A stretch of DNA of 64,000 nucleotides, taken from positions 2,272,001-2,336,000 of the forward strand of contig OY762007.1 of the NCBI GenBank assembly GCA_963665115.1, in the 5' to 3' direction. Every line of letters begins with the position of its first letter. The first letter of the stretch is position 1. This DNA comes from an uncultured Rivularia sp. (GTDB lineage: Bacteria > Cyanobacteriota > Cyanobacteriia > Cyanobacteriales > Nostocaceae). A model generated the notes under the pieces. It made no database searches and had not been told where the DNA came from. It saw only the letters and a program-made list of their open reading frames with translations. Positions 63,501 to 64,000 of the stretch are shown one piece after another. The translations under genes were made by a program, and so were the position numbers.

Positions 63501-64000
63501 CCGAATGAAAACAGCGATATTACCGCGAATGCTTTTGAAGGTGAAGGTGGTAATATTAAAATCACCGCTTCTGGTATATTCGGTATTCAAATTCGAGAAA
63601 ATCTAACTAAAAAAATTAGCGATATCAGTGCGAGTTCCGAGTTAGGTATAGACGGTACCGTTGAAATTAATACTCCCGATCTAAACCCTAATAATGAATT
63701 AGCCGAGTTACCATCTATACCTATTTACAGTCAATTAGCCCAAGGCTGCTATAGTCCAGGTTATGCTCAAAATCAATTTTTTGTAGTTGGGCGCGGTGGT
63801 TTACCGCCTTTACCTGAAGATTATCTTACACCTTCGGCAGTGCGAGTTGACTGGATAAATCCTCAACAAAATAGCAAAAACAATTTGCCTAATACAGATA
63901 TTGAAGTCAAAACAACTACAGAAAAACCCAAACGTATTGTAGAAGCTACGGGATGGATAACCAACGATAAAGGTGAAATTATATTCACAGCAAATGCACC
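60564..64000 (+). CDS. filamentous-haemagglutinin-like (TpsA-type) exoprotein; runs off the right edge; not in the ORF track
   Basis: [18 protein letters not shown]...AFAQVKPD...NLFHSF...INPNG; the window end ([19 protein letters not shown]) is in the same frame as the start. Confidence 0.88.
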   Translation, partial: MLMNIKKPSRNRLGWIMLTLSMLFISHKEAAFAQVKPDSSLPSNSQVNRQGNIYNITGGTQSGNNLFHSFEKFGVPNGGEAYFNNAVEIQNIINRVTGKSISEINGLIRANGTANLFLINPNGIVFGENAKLDIGGSFIGSTADSFKFNNGKEFSAINPQDKPLLSINVPLGLQYGKNQTGNITNSGNLSVNNGKSITLIGNSFENIGKIKTDGGQISIAAIGNEGFATLGESGELLNLEFQSEDTVNGNANNFGTVINKGNIDASIQAGIGGKIIVVGERIGLLDNSLFDVSGSVGGGEVKVGNNNTIAAYIDPKASIKADALIAGNGGKITVSATELTRVHGSFSAKGGLNNGNGGLVENRGNDFLDITGISVDTNANNGLNGNWLLNSGNIFFGSRNNINPTFNNNNSAIFQPAKAETVLDVSTIEKQLSAGNNITITASETGSEVGNITADRIDIAALNNTPVRLTLQADNNITLSKGNIQSTNNRLGMVLQADSDKNGSGNINLGNGSPRSFEIDTSGEKFTASASGSISFSGAEIKSSNTEAKDSETIAIATAGSVIVENSGIIKKVFASGNNGDIYIDADALYLQGGIENNTKVKSNGNAGRININVKSLSITKGAINNVTEGNGNSGSTIIETENFLLKEGIIRSITKGIGNAGEIIVNSNSVSLENGSLFARTEGNSDGGSISVNAKQKIFIGNRGGLNSNSNGQGNAGNITVNSGSLVLKDDSTITSNAKELSSQGNAGNIKINADSIFLLDSTIEAIANRGDAGEVILKADNITLKNSSNISTSTIDNSISNAGKIEVIAKSILFENEPEFKNKDNEPKIINSLGSVTNGKGDAGEITIEAEEIILKNRGGIGIDTKNEGNAGKLTINTSLLQLENSRVQDNAGINSSSSGSGKAGELTINADRILLDKSDIEAQTESGDGGNIILNLKELLLLRNGSRISTTAGTAGGGGNGGNIEINAPDGFVVAIPNENSDITANAFEGEGGNIKITASGIFGIQIRENLTKKISDISASSELGIDGTVEINTPDLNPNNELAELPSIPIYSQLAQGCYSPGYAQNQFFVVGRGGLPPLPEDYLTPSAVRVDWINPQQNSKNNLPNTDIEVKTTTEKPKRIVEATGWITNDKGEIIFTANA

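Noticed and set aside
50574..63590. Many minus-strand ORFs of 60-212 aa opposite the ELWxxDGT, FHA-like and transposase genes
   Set aside because: Antisense shadows caused by codon bias in repeat-rich genes; no independent motifs.
49320..64000. Genomic island integrated at tRNA-Asn
   Set aside because: Accessory-type genes follow the tRNA, but no integrase or duplicated tRNA 3' end is visible.

Overview
AT-rich chromosomal window from a filamentous, probably heterocyst-forming cyanobacterium (Nostocales/Rivulariaceae-like). This is inferred from psbD, an hli gene, many HIP1 GCGATCGC sites, heptamer STRR arrays and short dispersed palindromic repeats. Left to right: (1) 1-7.3 kb, a minus-strand oxidative biosynthetic cluster running off the left edge, with three Rieske oxygenases, a 2Fe-2S ferredoxin, a CylC/AurF-like dimetal enzyme, a second ferritin-like diiron protein, a GNAT-like protein and two small proteins; (2) a histidine kinase, a WD40 protein, hli and ald; (3) a Wzx/Wzy/Wzc polysaccharide cluster at 15-27.7 kb; (4) housekeeping genes (pepN, DUF3352-like, methyltransferase, GT2, queD-like, hybrid kinase, DnaJ, cysK, Rrf2, SLH porin, bestrophin, stand-alone psbD, ABC ATPase, NYN, tRNA-Asn); (5) a cell-surface block with an ELWxxDGT protein, a TPR-CHAT protein and two filamentous-haemagglutinin-like paralogs, the first split by a complete IS66-family element with an 8-bp target duplication. 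Most notable: the orphan Rieske/diiron cluster; an unannotated ~295-nt structured transcript carrying a 23-aa ORF at 45.2-45.55 kb; a GC-rich, switch-like RNA structure inside the right end of the IS66; and five genes broken by the same kind of single-base insertion, most likely sequencing error. All product calls come from reading motifs by eye; no database search was run.
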